Shown: positions 38,412-53,136, counted from the first letter of the stretch. The stretch is 64,000 nt of DNA from Lama guanicoe (GCA_013239625.1 MU056000.1:8161214-8225213), one strand, 5' to 3'. Made by a program: numbers and translations. The notes: generated by a model from the sequence alone, not told the origin.

Positions 38412-40279
38412 CTGTGTGTCATAAAAGCAAGATAATTTCAGTAATTAAACTGTCCGGTTTCTTGTAAGAGTCAAAATTCCAAAGTACATATAAAGGTTCA
38501 TCAAGAGCCTTCCCGCTTTGAGCCTGCTTCAGTTGGGAAGCCTCCAGTAGTAAAGCGCAGATGTGTCTGAGCCCTCCCTGAGTCCCTGATCTTGAACTTC
38601 TCTGGCTTCACACCCGAGCTTGCTGGCTGGGGCTTCCCACTCGTTCAAGAGTCGACACGGGTGGGGCGAGCACTGAGGATGGGAGAGTCCGACTTGAGGA
38701 GAAAGTTCATGGACCAGCTGTGATGCTCGGTGGTGTGGACATCCGCTGGGAGCTGACTCCTTCCCCCTGTGGAAAAGAGGTTCAGGAGGGGACATCTGAA
38801 GGTCACTGCCTGGAACGTGGGCAATACCTCTCCACTGTTCTTCCACTAACATCCACCCCAAGCCCAGTGCTACACCTGACAGTGTCCTTGTAGCCTTCTT
38901 TGCTAAAGGTTCCCGCTCCTGGTAAGCTTCCAGAGTGGGGTTCTTTCCCCAGTGACCCAGCAAGGCTCCTGTCCCAGGGTCCACATCTGGTCCCCTCATC
39001 ACCCCATGGTCCAAAGGGCAATTTTCTCTCCTGTGGCTCCCCGCTCTGCTGCCATGGGCCACTCCAGCCGGCTTCTGCCTGGAGGCTGGGGAGGCTTGAG
39101 TCATAGTATAAACTGGTGAAATATTTCTATAAAAGAGAGTTGATGTGTCTAAGAAAACTAGGTGGAATGCTCTGGGAAGGCATTATCCCAAGTTACTGAA
39201 AAACTGATGAGAAAAAAAGGCAAAAAATGAAAAGAATCATAAAATACAACTTAAAACATTAGTCAAGAAGATCTCTGTATTCCAACTACTTCACAAGTAA
39301 CTCTAAGTGCCCTCCTTTTTGAAGACACTAGGACCTGGAAGGGGCAGGGCTGCATGAGGGGTGAAGTTTGTACCCAATGGACAGGAGGCAACACAAGAAA
39401 AGGCCCAGCTCCTCAGCAGAAAGTTAGCAAAGGACTCAACATTTGCACAGTTTATGTTAAACAAATGCCTAATGGATGCATGCGTCATCTTTTTGACTTT
39501 CTCTTTGAACCAGGTTTTTCAACTGCCTGACCCTCTCCCACCATCACTGACTTGGTAAGAAGAGAGAGTTTCCATCCTGCCATATTGTCTCCTCTCCTCA
39601 GGCTGTGGAGTCAGAAAACAAAAGGGAAACCCCCACAAATCTGAGGCAGAAAACAAAAACAAAAGCTTTTCGGGTTTTGAGCCCCCCTCCCATATCTGTT
39701 TTTTCATTCATGCCTCCAATTCTAAGTATATTAGTCCTCTTATGACTCCACATCTGACTGCATAATCCCTCAAAAAGGCACCACAGGCAGGTTTCCATGA
39801 AGGGAATTCCTTATCCTGCAAATTAAAACTCAACAGCTCCTCACCGTCTTCCTCCGTGGAGTTACTCTCTGGAGCACTGACACAGGCGTCCACCTGCTTC
39901 CTGTGCTGTTGGGTTGGGTTTTCCTCCTATTTCTCTGACTACTTATTTTTCCCCTTCTTCAGTGCTACTCTCATTGGCACAACCCAAGGTTTGTCTTCCC
40001 CTCACTCACAACTCCTTGACTCAAGCCTGTTATTTCAACTCACACATCTAGGGTGGCACCAGTGGTGTCTGGATGCCCACAGCTCTGAGCACTGCTCTTG
40101 ACCACTGGCAGGGGCTCAACAAAAGTGGTGAATGAATGGGCAACTTCCAAATCTACCTTGTTAGCCTTGACGTCTTCCCAGGTTCCAAATCTACATTCCC
40201 AGGGTCATCACTGGGCAGTGCCCAACAGGGACAGTTACTTAATTGAGACTCTTTCCCTTTATCTAGCACCCAGAAGTGA

Positions 40280-40395
40280 TAATAAAATATCAGCGATGAT
40301 GATAAAATGATAAACATTGTATTATAAACAACGATGCATGCCAAGGACTTACAAAGTGCTGGGAACACACCAAGCCCTCCGTACGCAGTAGCTTT
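40280..40395 (+). mobile_element. MIR 3' fragment
   Basis: gatgcatgccaaggacttacaaagtgctgggaacacaccaagccctccgtacgcagtagct. Confidence 0.45.
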
Positions 40396-40419
40396 GTTTC
40401 ATGACGTATTAGGTATCGC

Positions 40420-41380
40420 CTTTCCGATGTCATCTCGTATTTGTCTAAAACTCAATCCATTACCTTAAACCTAAAAAGTGGTTCTCGTCCTCTGTGCCTT
40501 GCTTCAGTGACTCGATTACCACAGCTTTAGTCACTGAGACTAGTCATCTATTTCTGAATCATTTTCTACTCCCTTCTCAATCTTTACCTCCAATAAATTA
40601 CCAAATGCTGCCCATTTCCCCAACCTCACCTCCAAAAAAAAATCTACAAAGCTAAGAATATTAAAGCTGAACCGTGTTCCTCTTTCTGTTCCCACAGTCA
40701 CTGATCTACTTTGGGCCCTCGTCATCTTTCATCTGGACCGTGCAGGAGGCCCCTTCCTGGGCTATTGTACATGGATGCCTTATACAGCCCCAGCCCGTAA
40801 TAGTCCCCCTCTGCTTCTGAAACACTCTGAGACGGATGCCAGTTATATGCCTACATAATTATGTTTTTAAATGGCTTGGAAGCTTTCAATGGCTCCTTAC
40901 TACTTGAAGAATCAATCCATGCTTCTAAGCACAAAACGATCTGCCCCCAACCCACCTTTCCAATCTCCTCTCCCAGGTGCAGGTAGGCAGGCCCCTGTGG
41001 TTCGCTGCCCGGGGCACTTTCTCAGATTTCCGGTGCATTCCCTTGCTGTAGAAAAGATTCCACTTCCATTTCTGAGCATCAAAACCTTACTTGTACTTCA
41101 AAGCCCTTCACTTTCCGGATGTTCTTCTGTATCAACTGTTTTTTGGGAATTAAGACCTTCTTTCTCCATTTTTCTGTGATGTTTCCTCAAAACTGTTATA
41201 AGCCATGTATTCGGTCTGTGTTCAATAATAATTTATACACATGCAGCCATTATATACAAATGTATTTGGACATCTATGTGTTATAGACTAACAGGCTGTA
41301 TGCTTGTGGAGGATTTTATTTATCTCGACTTGACTTAACACAGCGGTGGAAGGGTTCAAAACATGAATGAATAAATGTAT
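40420..41380 (+). mobile_element. L2 LINE fragment
   Basis: cagtcactgatctactttgggccctcgtcatctttcatctggacc..aagctttcaatggctcc..ending gaatgaataaatg. Confidence 0.7.
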
Positions 41381-42309
41381 AAACATATCCTACTCCACAT
41401 AAATCTAACTGTGAGCACTGGCATTTTGAAATGTGTTATAAAATATGTGGCAGGAAACACACATTTTTTTCTAAATTATATAAAATAATTCCCCAAAGTT
41501 GTTAGTCAACTCTGGCTTATTTATTATCTGTTATAAATTTAGTACAATCTAAAAAAAACTTCTGGTTGAACAATCAAGACCAGACTTCAGATCAGTTTGA
41601 CCCAGGCTCACTTACTGCTGCATTATTTACATATTCCTGTGACAGGGGCTGAAATCCTATAACCTACCCTGGCACCTACCAGAGAATGATTCTATGTCCC
41701 TCCATCTCTCTACTTTGAGCATCCGCTGTCTTATGACTTCCGGTCCTATTGGGTTTCTGGCAGTTTCTTCCACTCTGGGTAAGCCCTTTGGGTACACAGT
41801 CTGGAGACGGCCCGCTGGGCATTACTGGCTTTTCCTTTAGATCTATCTGTCCCCTCGCCTCCATGTGCCGCACTCCTGGGACAAGCAAATTGTGCCAACC
41901 CAAACTTCCAAAGAGGCCAGACTCTCTCCTGGAACTTGCTATTCTCTCCTTACCAGCTGCCTGGAGCCTGCCAACCTGATATAAACCTCTGGTAAGAGAC
42001 TCAATGCCCTGACGTTGGGGAATGATCTCCCATTTGTAAACAATAAGGAGCAATTGTATAGAAAGTCACTCTGAGAAGAAAATTAAAGCTAAGCAATGTT
42101 TAGATTATTTTCTTACCAAAAGCCATGAAGAAAAGAAGCGTCAAAAGTCTCACTGAAAAGAGATCCCTGCAGAAAGATGTGACTATAATTTGTGTCCCTG
42201 GTTCAGTAAACACTCAATGCCTTAGTAGATTATAAGGAGGTACAATGTTTAGATTCTCCACCTCTACCCATTCTCTTTACGCATACCCCTGTGTCACGAC
42301 GTCAGCATG

Positions 42310-42590
42310 GTGCCACCTGGAGGACTTCTGCCTCTAACACTCAGCTCAGACATCGGTCTTCCCGAGGCCAGCCCCAGCCTGCCCTGACGCCCCCCCTCCC
42401 TGTGCTTGCCTTCACACCTGCATTCTAGCATTCATCACCTCGTCACGCATTAAACATCCAACTCCCGCCACCACTAGGACACTTGAGTGCTTAGAGGAGA
42501 GATGCTATTTTAATTTTAACTGTGTTTCTTCTACTGCTATTCACATCCCCAACAGTCATCAGCACTTAAACGTTTGTGGAATGAACAAGC
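42310..42590 (+). mobile_element. L2 3' fragment
   Basis: actcagctcagacatcggtcttcccgaggcc..ccactaggacacttgag..cacttaaacgtttgtggaatgaa. Confidence 0.65.
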
Positions 42591-43320
42591 CTGAAAGAAT
42601 GAAAGGGTTGATTCCACCTAAATGACGACACTCCAAGTTGGAAAACAACGGCTTACTCTTCACCCTGACAATTGCCCCAGAACCCCCAAGTGGCTGACTC
42701 GTGTTTGGGGAACACGTTAGATGCCTTTGGCAGATGCAGTCATTCTCCTGCCAAGGCTCTCTGATATCCTGAGCCAATTACGACGTTCTGGTTCCAGGCT
42801 GATGGAGGTGCCGCTGGGTAAAGGATCTTGGAATTTATGAAGCCGAAAAGGTGCTGTTTCAAGTAGTGCGGGTCCTGCATTTGATAATGACAGATGGAAT
42901 TTAACTTTGCGGTACACGTCCCTTCTGGGGGACATCACTTTAGGGAGCCCTTTCAGTCATGCAGATGGTAGGCAAGTGTGACCCCAGCACGGGCTTCAGC
43001 CCGGGACTTTAAGTGTGGTATAGTAATACGAAGTGGGTATATTTTTAGCTAGGTTACTCCTATGAAGAGGAAGAAAGTGTCCTATGCCTGTGCTTGAGAC
43101 ACGCCCATAATGACTCCACACAGTTCTCAGAAAACCTGGGGGTGGGGGCTGGGAGCGGGTATCGGGGTGGTCTAATCTCTCCTAAACTCTCCTTGAAGAA
43201 GAACCTGTGACTAGAAATCAGACTGGGTTTGGTCCCCTATACTTGTATTGTTGGGAGTCTCATGCAGTTAAGATGAGGATGGTCCAAATGGAAAATATCA
43301 CTGTGTATTGTGACGGTCTC

Positions 43321-43698
43321 TGCAGCAGACTGAATGTGTGTGTGTCCCAGCCTCACCCCCACCCCCACCCCCACCTAAATTCATCCGTTGAAATCCCAGC
43401 CCTCCAGTGTGATGGTGTTAGGAGGCGGGGCCTTCGGAAGGTGGCCAGGTCATGAGGGTGAAGCCCTGCAACGGGATTAGTCCCTCTTAGGGATCCCAGG
43501 GAACTCTCTCGCCCTCTCTCTGCTGTGTGAGGGCACAGCAAGAAGGCGGCCGTCAGCAAATCAGGAAGAGAGGCCTCCCCAGAACCTGACCATGCTGCAT
43601 CCTGATCTTGGACTTCAGCCTCCAGAGCTGTGAGAAATAAGTTGCTTTTTCTTATTTGTCAGTGAAATTTTGTGAGAGCAGCCCAAACAGACTAGGAT
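43321..43698 (+). mobile_element. MLT1A-type solo LTR
   Basis: agactgaatgtgtgtgtcc..ggtcatgagggtgaagccc..gcaagaaggcggccgtc..ggacttcagcctccagagctgtgagaaataa..gcagcccaaacagacta. Confidence 0.92.
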
Positions 43699-45857
43699 GG
43701 TCTTACTCAGGGGCCAGGGTGTGTCCTGTAGAGGGGGGCAGGGGGTTCTGCTCAGAAAAGGGACTGTCCCTTCTCCATCATCCAGAGGCAGAAAAAGAGC
43801 TGGCCTTCAGAGTGGGGAGGGGGTTCCTATTCCTCCGTGGCTCCAGGGGGTGCCACGTGGTCTTGGAGGATGCGGCAGTCAGGCACAAGGTGCCCCCCAC
43901 AAGGCTGCTGAGGCCTGTCATGGGCTCATGCATGGCCAGCACCTGGATCTGAGAGCAGGTGGACATCCTTTCCTCGTGGGCTTTCCCAAATTTTTACAGT
44001 GATCAGTGCTATGGGAACCAGAGTGGTGGTGGTGGTTGGGGGAGTCCTGTCCATATGAAATGCTCAGAATACTGAGAATAACTCTGCGTGGGCTGACCTC
44101 CAGCAAATAAGGAGACAGAAATCATCTGACAAGATGCACTGGACAGAGAAAGCAGAAGAATTTTATTTTGTCAGCATCAGCTACCTATGAAGGTGGCAGT
44201 CTTTACTCTATCTCTGTCTTCAGTCCCTCTATGTTATGGCTGCTAGGATTTAGAATTACTTAAAGTATATGAAATAATACTCTAATCTCCAATGAGTTAT
44301 TCTAAGGAAATAATTCAGCTACTAGAAATTGCTGGTCTCTCCTCAGGCCAGAAAATTTTTGCTTACAAACATTTCCTTTTTTTAGGCACAAAACCAGGAG
44401 CCTGTATTGTAGCCAAAGTTCTCTTCGTCCACATAAGCGTTTAAATGCACTGTTTTAGGCTAAAGTGGATCCAGACATTTTTCCTTGCATTTCTGTTGAT
44501 GGTTGGCTAGGCAAACAATTACTGCGTTCTTCAGACTTCAGGCTGAATCAACAGATGTCCTGCTGGAGAGGAAGGTGTTTCCCTTCTGTCTCTGATAATG
44601 ACAATGCAAAGGAGGAAACTGGTTTTCTTTAATGTAGCCCCAAACACCATATATCAACACATTATCAAGTGAAATAATCTCTTTTATGCTGTACTCGAAA
44701 AAATTTTAATATTCATGTGAAATAAAAAACGCTTAGAGGTAGAAAAAAATTAATGTAACATAAAAAATGTCTCCAGGATGCAACACCATTTCCAAGTCAT
44801 CATGAAAATGACAAAACAGGTACTACTGAGGTTAGAACTGAAGAGAATCACTAGAAATACTAAGTTGAGCTGACATTAACACGATACTAACACCAGATAC
44901 TAACACCGTTTGCCTTTAGCGTAGGCAACTTATTGATAGCTCTGAATTCTTTTTAAAAGACAAAAACCAATCAACTGTTTTAAAATACAAGAGTACCATG
45001 AAGATCAGATAACTAAGCGTTAAGGCAAAAAGACCACATTTCTAGTAACTCTATAAAGCCTGACATTCTGTTGGTTTCCCTAAGGCACTGCATCAGTGAA
45101 CAGATTTGGGTTTTATTGGCTAGAGGGAACGATTCTCTGTAAATACAGGCATTTAGACTTATAAAAGGCACTTATAAAACGGATAGAGGATGCCAGAAAT
45201 TATACACATTGTGGAACTATAAAAAAATACTGTTAAAAAAGCCGCCTTGTAGGAGGTTCTATAACATTTATCTAGTTGGAACCAGCTTTGTATTTTCCCT
45301 GATTCTCCCATCTAACAGTAGACTTTGTGGGGTGGGGGAAGAAAAGAAAGTAAATAATGAAAAAACGTAAGAAAAGTATGAGGGTTAAAGAGTGACTCAT
45401 GAAGAGAGAGGAGCTTGAAATCAGGAGAGTATTTACAATTGTAGGGAAGAGCAATTGAGCAGTAGAGAAAGGAGCCACAGAGAGTTTCAAAGTAAAATAA
45501 AAGGTAAATGAGTAAGAAATGAGTGCTTGGTTTGCTTATTTTTTTAAAAGGTACAACTCACAAAAAATCTCTGAGGTAGGAAACAGACTGCAGGTCGATG
45601 CAGTGGTCTCTTTTTCTCCTTCCCTTTCTTTAGCGAGAAATGCATTAAATGAGAGCAGACACAGCTCTTCCAAACAGGCTTTACTGGGGAGCGGGTTTAA
45701 ATTTCTCACCTTTTCAAGAAAGGGCTCCTCCACCCCACCTTACTAAGGCAAAAATGCTTGTTGTAACTTTTAGGAACAGAATCCAGTCTTCACAAGATAC
45801 AAACAAGATAATTAAAAAAAAAAAAAAAGCCCTGCATTTTCACCAAGACCGAAAACC

Positions 45858-46012
45858 TTTGCTACTTAAGTGGGGTCTTTGTTCCTTACAACATGGGAGA
45901 CATCTAAGAGCTCGTTACAAATGCCAAATCTCAGGCTCCATCCTCAAATAACTCAGTCTGAACCTGCATTTAGCAAGATGCTTGATTTCTATGATCATTA
46001 AAGCTGCACTAG
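45858..46012. mobile_element. MER5A-like hAT-Charlie fossil
   Basis: gagctcgttacaaatgccaaatctcaggctccatcc..tctgaacctgcatttagcaagat. Confidence 0.7.
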
Positions 46013-46169
46013 ATAAATAACTGTTGTAAGAGAGAAATTGAGTTTGTTGAGGTATCATTTATGACAACTTTACCTTGTGATTATGTCTGTGTAATCAAAT
46101 GACCTTAATTTGCACTTTCTCCTTATTAATTATTACTGACTCTAATTGTACATACTTGTGAATGGCATT

Positions 46170-46242
46170 AAAAATTATGTAGTACACCAGAAATTAACAC
46201 AGCATTGTAGATCAACTATACTTCTATTAAAAAAATTATGTA
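46170..46242 (+). mobile_element. ~50-bp L1 3' tip with TSD
   Basis: gtacaccagaaattaacacagcattgtagatcaactatacttctatt(A)n; TSD aaaaattatgta at 46170-46181 and 46231-46242. Confidence 0.88.
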
Positions 46243-47439
46243 AGAAACAGAATTCAAAGTCATGAAAAAGTAAATAGACTCGCATTAAAATGTATTTGAA
46301 TAGAAATTCTGTCTCTGGCTTTCATCATCACTTCATAAAAGGGGAGCACGTTGCAGAGTTTCTACATGACTAAACAGGAAACTTTGTTAATATGGTACTA
46401 TGCCCAAGAATCTGAACTTTATGATAATAAGGCCTTGCACAGTAAAAACTCCATGGCATTTCACTTTGTCTTGCTGAGAGCTGATTGGAATTATTCTTTA
46501 AAGGAATCGTTATTTTCAGCATTTCTATCGTGTTTTCTCAGAAAATGTTAAAGGTCATTTCACTTTCCTAAGAAAAAAATAGCTAACATTTAATGAATCA
46601 GAGACATATCATTCTATTTGGTTTCTGTCTGTAGTAGGCAAAGATCAAAACCAAAGTTTTAACCCAGGCTGTGTTGGGGAATTGGAATAACTGATCCTGA
46701 ACCACAGTTGCAGGGGAGATCAGACATGGCAGGAATCCTACATTAGAGCCGAGATGGTTTCAAGGAGGAAGGTCAATGATGGAGCCAAGGGTAGCAAGTG
46801 GGAAGCCAAGACAGAAAGCCAAGAGCCCTAACTTCCAGGATTTCCCATTCCATCCAGTTTTCCCCAAATTTAGAGGGTGATGAATAAGCCCTTTGGGGGA
46901 CACTCAGTAGATAAATCATCTGATTTGGAGAAATGCAGTGAAACCTTCCATCTTATCTCAAATAATTATTTCATCTCCCATTTTTCTCCTGCCCATTCAT
47001 TTTCTCTTTGTAGGCCAAGCACCGAGCTTGAGGCTGGGATGCTGAGATGAAAAGACACCCTAAGAACTCCTCCCCCATTCTGAATCTCGGTGTTCCACAG
47101 GCTTCTGCAACTGGGTCACCTGTACCCTTATTCCAGTTTCCTGACAGTCTCCCCACCTCCTAATACTACGCTCTTTACTCAGGATTCCACCTCTCTTCTG
47201 AGCTCTGTATTCATACTTCTGATGCCCTCAGATGTTACCATGGAAATTTTCTGAAATCAGCTCAAAATCATCAGGACAAATCTACTTTGCATTCTCGTGA
47301 AGCAGATTTTCTTTCTGAATTCGACTCTCATTTAATGGGCTAAGGGCACCACGTTCACCCATTCAAACAAAAACACAAAAGTGTCCTGGATTTATTCTTG
47401 GATTTATCTCGCCTCTCAGATGCTGGGTTAGTCCCCAGC

Positions 47440-47620
47440 CAGGGGGGCTTCGTGGGCACGCAAGCTGGGCAGTCACAGGGTCCTGTGCTCAAAAGAGCCC
47501 CGTGCTTCGTATAACGCTCTGCCTTTGCTATCTTAAAATCCTTCACCACTTTTAAACAACAGGCATCACGTTTTCATTTTGAATTGGGTTCTGTGAACTG
47601 TATGACTGGCCAGGTCCCTG
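47440..47620 (+). mobile_element. MER91A-like hAT-Tip100 DNA transposon, within L2-like sequence
   Basis: caggggggcttcgtgggcacgcaagctgggcagtcacagggtcctgtgctcaaaagagccccg..ttttcattttgaattgg..ggtccctg; CAGGG..CCCTG termini. Confidence 0.82.
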
Positions 47621-49059
47621 AGTCCTATAAATTCCATCCTTAGTCCCATCTCTCTATAATCTGTCCCTACACATTGCTGTTGGAATTATTTTCCTAAATC
47701 AAATCTAGGCAGTGATAGGCAGTGAGCACCTCCACTACCTTTTTTTTTTTAAAGACTAAAATTCTGCTATCAATTTCCCAAAGCGTAAAGTTAAAATAAG
47801 TGTCTTCGGGCCTTGACTGCAATTAATTCACCAGCATAAATTCCCACGGGGGGCTCCAGCCCTGCCTTTCGTGTGTGTGCATGTCAAAAGGAATTGAAGT
47901 CGCTACCACCTATATTCGACAACTCTACCCATCCTTCAAGAGTCAGTCTCACTCACGTAGTGCATGGCTCTTCGTTGGTTTCCATCACCATCTCTGGGTG
48001 GGCCCCCCACCCCGGAGTGTTGCAAGGGAAAAGATTACCAGCTAACTTACACAGGGCTCCGGGGGGGATGAGGAATGACTCTCTTTCAGTCCCTGGTTTC
48101 TCTGGGCAAGAACAGGTGAGAAAACTTGAGCATGTAACTAATGACACTGGTTCTGACCAAAGTCAGAGGGAGAAAAACACATATGCCCCCAAACCACATC
48201 TTCACTCCAGTGCTCCGGTTTAAGCTGGTCTATTCCTACAAACCCCAAATCCTTCCTTTCTTGACTTCATTCCTTCTCTGCAGTCCAAAACTCTCCTGTA
48301 CTTCTTTCCAGATCTTTCTGAACATCCATCCACTTCAAACCATGGGCTGCTTTATCTTCAAGGATGTTATCTTGCTCTGTGCATGACCTGACTCACCCCA
48401 TCCCATCCATGGGCTGCAGGACTGTCAACAGTCCTAAATTCCCTCTCCTTCTTTTCTATTTTTCTCTGTAAAGGAATAAGGGACCAGAACACATGTCCCC
48501 GAATTCATAACCTAACACCATGCTTGTTCTATAAACTTGTCCCATCTAATAACAAATAGTGAAATCCCTGACAGCAAGGGCCATCTCTGATTATTTCCGA
48601 ATCTTTTCACATTGATCTCATAAGAGAGGATGCAAAATGTTTGGCCAGTGGGATGGAGAAAAGATTAGCATTCACTTATATGCCTATGTTTTCACCCTCA
48701 CCTAACTTCACCCAACTTCTCTGCATCTCACCGTTTCACTTTAAAAATTACAATTTTCACTGTAACATTAAAAACCATCTCTATCAGAGAAAAAAAATAG
48801 AAGGTAGATGAAAACATGTAATTGAAGATCACTAAACACATATAAGTGATTTAAATATCTTTTTGCAACTCAGTTCTATAGTTTTTTAAATCTCCTCAAG
48901 TATATCGATTTTCAAATACGTCTAACTGTAAGTTGAATCATTTAACAGACATTTATTTATTAAGCCCATGCTACTAACTGTGCTTAGCCCAGAAACATAC
49001 AACTCAGTAACCTAAGAAGGGAGAGAGAGATATTAGCAAAAACATTGTAAAATAATAGA

Positions 49060-49290
49060 AAGTATGTATAAGAATCAAATACCCCAAAGACAAGCATGCC
49101 TTTGACCCAGCAACTCCATTTCCATGTACTTATGATGAAATAATTTAAGAAGTGAACCACTATTCAGCTATAAGGATTTTGACTGACATATATTAAAAGA
49201 TTTAAGATAAAACCTCCTACCTGGCTATACATGTAAGATAATCTAGCCATTAAAAATGATGTTGTATAAATGCATCTTGTTCTGGAAAGT
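49060..49290 (+). mobile_element. Old L1ME fragment
   Basis: catgcctttgacccagcaactccatttcc..tagccattaaaaatgatgttgta. Confidence 0.6.
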
Positions 49291-50581
49291 TAGTTACATT
49301 CTTTCCCTCCCAGCTGGCTGTATTCACATGATCCATGTCGAGGTACTAATATGTTTAAGAATATGAATATAATACAAATATTTAAAAATTGTTTTCTCTA
49401 TATAATCACACAACATTTCAAGGATGATCAGCTTCAAGCTTATTTTACCGTGTCCTTTAAACTCTCTACAATATAAAAACTTTCTCGTCTTTAAATGTCA
49501 CAGTGTGACCTCAAAAAGCAACGCTGCATGAATGTGCAGTGACAGTTACGCACAGGAGTTGGCATTTTAGGCATATGCACAGGAAATATTAAAACAAACC
49601 TCTAAAGTACCCACTTGCTTAGACTCTGACCTCACTTCTGCATAAATGCAAACACACGCGCACACATGCACAGATGCCTCAAAAATCATCTGCAGTGATA
49701 ATTCTACAGAAAACATTCAAATACTTTCTGCATTGTGCTAATGAAAAAAATGCACTCTAATGTTTGTGTCACATAATGAGAATGTGATAATAAACCAAGC
49801 AAATTTCCTTAAAACAGCACAAACACACAAATAAACAAACAAAAAACATGCATTCCGTTAATTCACACCAACAAAATTGATGGAGTGGAAAGAGGATGCT
49901 TTCCTTTGCTGGAGCACTGTGGTCACCACACTCTGAAAGTGTATTTCCTCAGCATGGGCAATACTGCAGTGCCTTGCCCTCAAATATGAGTCCATTTATT
50001 TTCCTCGTATAATAAAAATGACACTGGAAGGTTAATGATGTGAAACTCTGCAGAAGAAATGAAGTTACTATCCTCTTTCTGCTGACAAGACCACAGTAAT
50101 GCAATGTGAAAAATTAGAAAAGAGAGGAAGAGTCTCAGATGGAAATTCAGTTGATGATGCATTTTCACCAGCAGGGGCTCCACTTTACTAGGCAGCAGCA
50201 TGTAGACATACATGCAGTTATTTAATTGATGGTTAAGAGGATTCTAGATGTTATAATCAAGGGGCAGACTAGATTGAGTTACACCATATTCTGTACACAA
50301 TGTATCTTTGAATTCCTTTGTATCTGGTAATCCTAGACATAAAAGTGAAACACAAATACGTGATTACACAATTTCCAAACTGCAAAGTATGTCTTTTTAT
50401 GTATACAGCAAGCACCACACTGGGCTTTAAAATAACTCTCATGTTTGAATTTCAGCACAAGTGCATGTGTTAATTACATGGAAAATGACATATTCAAAGA
50501 TAAAATTTTCTGTTAAAAAGCTCTAAAATAGTTACAAAGTCTATAATAAATTATTTTAGTATAGTTAATAGAAAACTAGTT

Positions 50582-50913
50582 AGAAAAAAAGAGGACACTA
50601 ATGAACTCATTTACAAAACAGAAACAAACTTGCAGACATAGTAAACAATCTTATGGCTACCAGGGGAAAGGGGGAGGGAATGGATAAATTTGGGAATTTG
50701 AGATTTGCAAATGATAACCACTATATATAAAAATAGGAACCAAATTTCTTCTCTATAGCACAGGGAACTAAATTCAATATCTTGTAATAACTTTTAATGG
50801 AAAAGAATATGAAAATGAATATATGTATATATGCATGACTGGGACATTATGCTGCACATTAGAAATTGACATACTGTAACAGTATATACACCAATTAAAA
50901 AAAGAAAAAAAAA
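50582..50913 (+). mobile_element. Camelid-type L1 3' end
   Basis: aatgaactcatttacaaaacagaaacaaac..tatagcacagggaacta..ttgacatactgtaac..(A)n. Confidence 0.92.
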
Positions 50914-51063
50914 CTTATTGATAGTTTGATTCAGGTCAAAAATAATTTATTAAGTACAATAATTTCATTATTATTAAACAAGAAAGTAAAGAAGAGTATT
51001 TGAAATTTCAGAGTCACTACCAATATATTTCATTATAAGTTACATCTTAAAACAAATTATAAC

Positions 51064-53136
51064 CCCTAAAATCAGGAAAAGACAAGGATGCTCACTATTG
51101 CTACTTCTACTCAATATGCTAATGGAAGTCCTGGCCAAGGTAATTAGGCATGAAAAAGAAATAAGAGGCATATAGATTGGAAAGGAAGAAATAAGACTAT
51201 CTCTGTTCATAGATGATATGATCTTGGCTAAAGAAAATCCTGAGAATCCAGACAACAACTTTTAGAACGGATAATCAAGTTCAGTAAGGTTGCAGGACAC
51301 AAGATCAATATGAGAAAATTATCTGCACTTCTACATACTAGCAATGGATGATCTGAACCAATTAAGAACAACATTCCACTTACAATAGCATCAAAAAATA
51401 AAACATTTAGAAATAAATTCAGCAAAACAAGTGTAAAACTTACACTGTGAAAAGTTTTGTGGTTTTTTTTTAATGCTGAGAGAAATCAAAAAAGATCTAA
51501 ATAATGTAAAGACATTCCATGTTCACAGATTGGAAACATTAATATTGTTAAGATGGCAGCAGTCTCCAAATCAGTCTACAGATTCAAAAAAAATTCTATC
51601 AAAATCTCAGCTGTTTTTCTTGGAGAAACTAATAAGCTGGTCCTAAAAGTCATATGAAAATGCAAGGACACTGAATAGTCAAACAAACTTAAAAAGAAAG
51701 AACAAATACAGAAAAATCATTTTTCCCAATTTCAAAATTTACTGAAAGGCTGCAGTAATCATGACAGTGACATACTGACATAGTGGTAGATATGTAAGTC
51801 AATGGGATAGAATTGAGAATCCAGAAATAAATCCTTAGATTTATAGCTAACTGATTTCTTCAATGGTGACAAGACAACTTAATGGAAAAATGACAGTGTT
51901 TTCAACAAATACATAGCCACATGCAAAAGAATGAAATTGGACCTCTAGCTTCATACTTTTTTCAAAAATTAACTCAAAACAGATCATAGACCTATATGTA
52001 AAAGCGAAAACTTTAACACTCTTAGAAGAAAATGCAGGAAAAAATATTCATAACCTTGGTGAAGGCAATGGTTTCTTAGATATGACACAAAAAACGTAAG
52101 TATCAAAAAATAAAACTAGATAAATTGGACTTCACCAAAATTAAAAATATTTGTGCTTCAAAGGATACCATTAAGAATGTGAAATGACAAACCACTGAAT
52201 CATAGGCAACATTTGCAACTCAACAATATGAAGATAAACCAATTTAAAAATGGGCACAGGATCTGATACAGAGAACATATAAAAATGGCCAATAAGCAAA
52301 TGAAAAGTTCTTCAATATTGTTAGTCATTTGGGGAAATACAAATCAAAACCACAATGAGATACCACTTCACACCTACTAGGATGCTAAAATAAAACAAAA
52401 AGATAGATGCTAACAAGTGTTGGCCAGAATACTGAGAAATCTGAATCATCATTCATTTGGTGTTGGGAATGTAAAATGGTGCTATTACTTTGGAAACCAG
52501 TCTGGCAGTTCCTCAAATTATTAAAGATAGAGTTACCATATGACCTAGAAATTCAACTCTTAGAGACATACTTATGATAGATGAAAGCACATGTCCACAC
52601 AAAACTTGTATATGAATGTTCTTGTAGTATTATCGGTAAGAGCCAAAAAGTGAAAACAAACCAAATGTCCATCAGCTGACCAATGGATAAACAATCTGTG
52701 GTATATCCATACAATGGAATATTATTCTGCCATAAAAAGGAATGAAGGATCAATACATGTTACAAAATGAATGAATCTTGAAAACGCTATGCTAAGATAA
52801 AGTTAGTTACAAAAGGTGATAAATTGTATGAGTCAATTTATATGAAAGATCTAGAAGAGGCAAATACAGAGACACAAAAAGTAGATTCATGATTAAAAGT
52901 CGATTTTCCTCCTATTCCTCCTAATAGGAGGAGAGGAGAATGAGGTGTGACAGATCATGAGTACAGAATTTCTTTGGGGGTTAATGAAAATGTTCTAATA
53001 TCAGATAGTGGCAATAATTGCACAACTGTGTGAATAAACTAAAACTCACTGAAGTGTACATTTTAAAATGTGGACTTCATGGCATGTGGACTTCATGGCA
53101 TGTGAACTGAATCTCAACAAAACTGTTATTAAAAAA
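51064..53136 (+). mobile_element. L1MB-type element (decayed ORF2 plus 3' UTR)
   Basis: aatcaggaaaagacaaggatgc..gaaataagactatctctgttcatagatgatatgat (RT region)..accacaatgagataccac..ctcaacaaaactgttattaaaaaa; many stops and frameshifts; internal 16-bp duplication tgtggacttcatggca near 53070-53101. Confidence 0.93.

Noticed and set aside
38529..39104. 191-aa minus-strand ORF next to the LTR
   Set aside because: No similarity that I recognise to gag/pol/env or cellular proteins; GC-rich sequence gives long chance ORFs.
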